From: Candidatus Babeliales bacterium
Lineage (GTDB): Bacteria; Babelota; Babeliae; Babelales; Vermiphilaceae
Direction: 5' to 3'
Length of the DNA: 64,000 nucleotides
NCBI GenBank assembly: GCA_963743635.1
Contig: CAVUQO010000002.1
Span: 224,001 to 288,000, forward strand
This document shows, piece by piece, positions 56,274 through 64,000 of this stretch. Numbering within the stretch: position 1 is the stretch's first letter; every line of letters starts with the position of its first letter. The notes beneath the pieces are model-generated. The model was not told where the DNA came from. It saw only the letters and a program-made list of their open reading frames with translations, and did no database searches. A program made the position numbers and the translations under genes.

Positions 56274-56418
56274 GTCTTCGCTCCTCATGGAGCTTCGTCT
56301 GGAAAGCCAGGCATAGGAACTGGTTTTATTGAAATAGTAAAAGGGGCAGAGCGTAGACTGTCCGATCGAAGCAAAACGCTTCGTGGAGTAAATCTTCGGA
56401 GTAATAGCGAAGACGGAC
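56271..56418 (+). repeat. tRNA-3'-associated element, family B, copy 2
   Basis: CCAGTCTTCGCT..AGCTTCGTCTGG..GCCA..AGCGTAGACTGTCCGA..GCGAAGACGGAC. Confidence 0.8.
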
Positions 56419-56542
56419 TCATCCAGTTATACAGGTATGTGTTAAATCCGGGGCTTTATTGTAGTTTCAAGCAGAAAATTAAGTTGTTTTTTTCCTTTTT
56501 TTTAATTAATCTATAATAGATCACTGTAAGATACGTTGCAGT

Positions 56543-56618
56543 GCCCACGTAGCTCAGTTGGTAGAGCACTTCCTTGGTAAGGGAGAGGTCACCGGTTCAA
56601 GTCCGGTCGCGGGCTCCA
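56543..56618 (+). tRNA. tRNA-Thr(GGT)
   Basis: TT-GGT-AA, CCA. Confidence 0.93.
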
Positions 56619-56679
56619 TTTTCGGTGTAATACGCGATCAAAAAAAACAAAACTACTTATACATTAACGAGTGAATTTT

Positions 56680-56840
56680 ATGGCAAAAAATCGAATTGTT
56701 AGTCACCTGATGTGTGAAGAAACAAAAGAAAAAAATTATACCTTAGTTGTTTCTAAAGGAAGAACTCTAGGTTCATTCGACTTCGTAAATACTGCCCTAA
56801 ATTGCGCAAGTATACGATGCACAAAGAAGTTAAAAACTAG
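56680..56840 (+). CDS. rpmG: 50S ribosomal protein L33 (frameshifted in assembly)
   Basis: MAKNRIV.HLMCEE...NY, then LRKYCPKLRKYTMHKEVK in a second frame. Confidence 0.88.
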
Positions 56841-56847
56841 AAAAAAA

Positions 56848-56924
56848 AGGCCAGTAGCTCTAATTGGTAGAGCGGCAGACTCCAAATCTGAGGGTTGGGG
56901 GTTCAAATCCCTCCTGGCCTGCCA
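56848..56924 (+). tRNA. tRNA-Trp(CCA)
   Basis: CT-CCA-AA; lies between rpmG and secE. Confidence 0.95.
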
Positions 56925-56971
56925 GGCCAAGAGTGAACATTGTCTCATACCTATAACTAGTTGGAACATGA

Positions 56972-57169
56972 ATGAAAGATGTTATTCAGTTTTTGAATGA
57001 AGTGAGATTAGAACTCAATAAGGTCGTATGGCCTAAAATTGATGAGTGGGTTGGATCAACCATAATCGTATTGATACTTGTGGTTGTCTTTGCACTTTAT
57101 TTGTGGGCGATCGATACAGGATTCTCTCGACTGGTGGAATACGTTATCAAAACGTATGGTCTTTCATAA
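56972..57169 (+). CDS. secE: Preprotein translocase subunit SecE
   Basis: EV..EL.KVVWP, single TM. Confidence 0.93.
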   Translation: MKDVIQFLNEVRLELNKVVWPKIDEWVGSTIIVLILVVVFALYLWAIDTGFSRLVEYVIKTYGLS

Positions 57170-57192
57170 GGTTCAAAGTAGGGTAATTTTAC

Positions 57193-57715
57193 ATGAAACG
57201 TTGGTATGTTGTTCAGGTGTATGCAGGTCATGAAGAGACGGTCAAGAATGATCTAGAGCGTCGTATTCATGAAGAAAATGCTCAAGAATTATTTGGGCAG
57301 GTGCTTGTGCCAACAGCTCGTATGCAGGGAATGGTGAATATTGGCCAAGAACAGCAAGATGAACAGCTCTTTCCTGGGTATGTCTTAGTGGAAATGGAGC
57401 TTGCTCCACAGTCAATGCGTTTAGTACTCTCTAGTTCTCGAGCAGTTAAATTCTTGGGGGGCAAGGATCCTGCGCCGCTCAGTAAAAAAGAAGCGGATAG
57501 AGTTCTTGTCTCAGATACGTGGTGATGTAGTAGTGGCTTCGAAAAAGAGTGACTTTGTCGAAGGTAGAGAAATTGATATTGTTGACGGACCGTTTGCAGG
57601 ATTTGTTGGTATCATTGAAAAGATAGATGAAGAAGATGAAAAACTTACCGTTATGGTTAGTATTTTCGGTAGGATGACTCCTGTCGAATTGAGTTTTAAT
57701 CAGGTAAAGCGATAA
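57193..57715 (+). CDS. nusG: Transcription factor NusG (frameshift near 57510)
   Basis: WYVVQ, LFPGYVLVEM, KOW motif DGPFAGF, IFGRMTPVEL. Confidence 0.95.
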
Positions 57716-57736
57716 TTGTAAAGTAGGTAAGATATT

Positions 57737-58159
57737 ATGGCAAAAGCAGTAAAGGCAAACATTAAGCTGCAAATTCCAGGTGGTTCTGCAACTCCAGCTC
57801 CCCCAGTGGCTTCAACACTCGGGCCGCATGGCGTGAACATGATGGAATTTTGTAAGCAATTTAATGCGCAAACAGCAACTCGAAAGGGCGAAACAGTTCC
57901 GGTAATTATTACTATATACACTGATCGTACCTTCTCATTCATTCTCAAAACACCACCTACAACTGAGCTCATCAAGAAAAGAGCTAATATTTCAAAAGGC
58001 TCAGCAAGACCGAATACTGATAAAGTTGGTACCATCTCATGGGCGGATGTTGAAGAAATTGTGAAAATTAAGTTTTCTGATTTGAATGCATTCGACATGG
58101 AGCAAGCTAAAAAAATTATAGCTGGTAGTGCTCGTAGCATGGGTATAAAGGTCGAATAG
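57737..58159 (+). CDS. rplK: 50S ribosomal protein L11
   Basis: KLQIPGG.ATPAPPV, FCKQFN, GSARSMG. Confidence 0.97.
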   Translation: MAKAVKANIKLQIPGGSATPAPPVASTLGPHGVNMMEFCKQFNAQTATRKGETVPVIITIYTDRTFSFILKTPPTTELIKKRANISKGSARPNTDKVGTISWADVEEIVKIKFSDLNAFDMEQAKKIIAGSARSMGIKVE

Positions 58160-58169
58160 GGGCAATATC

Positions 58170-58868
58170 ATGGCAAAACATGGAAAAAAATATCAGAATG
58201 CGGTAACAGGTGTTAAGCCGGGCGTTACTATGCCAGTAAAAGAGGCATTAGCTAAGCTTAAAGAACTTGCGTATGCAAAATTTGATGAATCAATCGATGT
58301 CAGTGTAGGTTTGGGTATTGATCCAACGAAGGGCGAGCAAGCCGTTCGTGGATCTACATTATTACCTCATGGTAAGGGCAAAAAAGTTCGCGTTATCGTC
58401 TTTGCAAAAGGCGAACATGCCGATGCAGCTCTCGCTGCAGGAGCAGATGCAGTTGGCGCGGAGGATCTTGTTGAAAAGATTGAAAATGGATGGATGGAAT
58501 TTGATGTTGCAGTAGCAACACCAGATTTGATGGGACTTGTTGGTAAGCTTGCTAAATTGCTTGGACCGCGTGGACTATTGCCTAACAAAAAAGTTGGCAC
58601 AGTTACGTTTGATGTAGCTCCAGTAGTTAGTGATCTTAAAAAGGGTCGTGCATTCTTTAAAAATGATAAGAGCGGCTTCGTTAACTTCTCATTTGGAAAA
58701 AAATCCTTTGATGTTGAGAAATTGCATGACAATCTTGTTGCATTTGCTAAAGCGCTTGCGTCATCAAAACCAGCATCGTCTAAGGGTAAGTTTTTAAGAA
58801 AAATGACGATTTCTTCAACTATGGGTGTTGGTATAGCTATCAGCCCAGATGAAGTCTTACAGTCTTGA
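58170..58868 (+). CDS. rplA: 50S ribosomal protein L1
   Basis: AKFDES, LGPRGLLPN.K.GT, SSTMG. Confidence 0.97.
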   Translation: MAKHGKKYQNAVTGVKPGVTMPVKEALAKLKELAYAKFDESIDVSVGLGIDPTKGEQAVRGSTLLPHGKGKKVRVIVFAKGEHADAALAAGADAVGAEDLVEKIENGWMEFDVAVATPDLMGLVGKLAKLLGPRGLLPNKKVGTVTFDVAPVVSDLKKGRAFFKNDKSGFVNFSFGKKSFDVEKLHDNLVAFAKALASSKPASSKGKFLRKMTISSTMGVGIAISPDEVLQS

Positions 58869-58889
58869 TTGGTATAAAGGGCATATACG

Positions 58890-59411
58890 ATGAATCGACA
58901 GCAAAAAGAGTCAGTTGTATCGCAATTGCGAAAGGAATTTTCGCATAGTGAGGCTGCATTTTTAGTTGGGTATCGTGGTTTAACGGTACATCAATTAGAA
59001 CGGCTTCGTGGCGATCTCCGCCAAAAAGGCGGTACATTTAAAATTACTAAAGCACGCTTGATGAAATTGGCTGTTGAGGGTTTGGATGGACAACAGGATT
59101 TAACGCCCTTTTTCAAAAATCAAGTTGGTTTAGTATTTTCCACACAAGAAACCCCCGCTATTGCAAAGGTTTTAAATGATTTTGCAAAAGAACATCAAGC
59201 TTTAGAGCTCGTTGTTGGGTGTCTTGATAAAAAAGTACTTCAAAAAAATGACGTAATTCGCATTGCTTCTCTTCCGTCTCGCGAAGTGTTGCTTGCGCAA
59301 GTTGCAGGTACATTAAATGCACCGATCAGTGGCTTGGCGTCAGTCTTGAATATTCTTATCGTTCGTCTCTTGTGGACATTAAAGCAAGTGGAAGAACAAA
59401 AGAATCAATAG
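58890..59411 (+). CDS. rplJ: 50S ribosomal protein L10
   Basis: YRGLTV..L..LR, ASLPSRE.LLAQ. Confidence 0.95.
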   Translation: MNRQQKESVVSQLRKEFSHSEAAFLVGYRGLTVHQLERLRGDLRQKGGTFKITKARLMKLAVEGLDGQQDLTPFFKNQVGLVFSTQETPAIAKVLNDFAKEHQALELVVGCLDKKVLQKNDVIRIASLPSREVLLAQVAGTLNAPISGLASVLNILIVRLLWTLKQVEEQKNQ

Positions 59412-59478
59412 AATTTGAGAATTGTTTAATTAAATACGAATATTATTGGTGTATTTCCTTAACTTAATGGAGAATGCA

Positions 59479-59859
59479 ATGGCATCCAAATTACACGAAG
59501 AAATGATTAGAAGAAATTGGTAACATGTCTGTTCTAGAATTGCAGATTTAGTAAAAGCACTAGAAGAAAATTCGGTGTTTCAGCAGCTATGCCTACAGCG
59601 CAGCAGCGCCTGCAGCAGCAGCACCAGTGGCAGCAGCAGCAGAAGAAAAATCTGAATACAAAGTTACCTTAAAGAAGTCTGGCGCGAAAAGATCAAAGTG
59701 ATCAAAGCGGTCCGTAAAGCAGTTCCTGAATTAACTCTGCAGAAGCAAAGAAAAAGTTGAAGGCGCACCAAGTGTTCTTGTTGAATCTGCGTCAAAAGAT
59801 GATGCTAAAAAGATCAAAAAGAACTTGAAGAAGCTGGAGCTAAAGTAGAGCTTTCATAA
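59479..59859 (+). CDS. rplL: 50S ribosomal protein L7/L12 (multiple assembly frameshifts)
   Basis: MSVLE, Ala-rich hinge, EEKSEY.V, IKVIKAVR, LEEAGAKVEL read in fragments. Confidence 0.9.
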
Positions 59860-59962
59860 TTTTTAGCCTGCGTATTAAATACGCTCCAATAGATATAATA
59901 TTTGCGCGATACGTAAATAGTCATGTGAGAAATAGTTTTTTCGAATAACGAGGAGCGACTTA

Positions 59963-64000
<4,038 letters not shown>

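Noticed and set aside
56543..56618. A:C mismatch in the tRNA-Thr(GGT) acceptor stem suggesting editing
   Set aside because: A single mismatch in an error-prone region is not interpretable.

Overview
Bacterial chromosomal window, most likely from an amoeba/protist-associated intracellular bacterium of the Dependentiae (TM6/Babelota) type. This assignment is inferred from the 16S sequence style, the reduced metabolism and the many signal-peptide 'effector-like' ORFs; it has not been checked by a database search. Core genes present: ftsI and ftsL-like, bamA, cysS, trxA, prfB, gmk, radA, murA, atpG, tsaE, one rRNA operon (16S-Ile-Ala-23S-5S), 11 tRNAs and the rpmG-secE-nusG-rplKAJL-rpoB cluster. 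Many essential genes carry single-base frameshifts, consistent with long-read consensus errors. Most notable observations: (1) a signal-peptide-bearing, eukaryote-type RBR (RING1-IBR-RING2) E3 ubiquitin ligase with tandem MIU-like motifs; (2) two families of palindromic elements sitting exactly at tRNA CCA ends, six copies in all, with a shared CCA-stem-TGG-N3-4-GCCA architecture; (3) a uORF/anti-SD attenuator upstream of an ABC-F gene; (4) cytoplasmic plus signal-peptide paralog pairs of thymidine kinase and carbonic anhydrase; (5) a Cys-rich insertion in RpoB; (6) an exported protein made of four Cache domains with no output domain.
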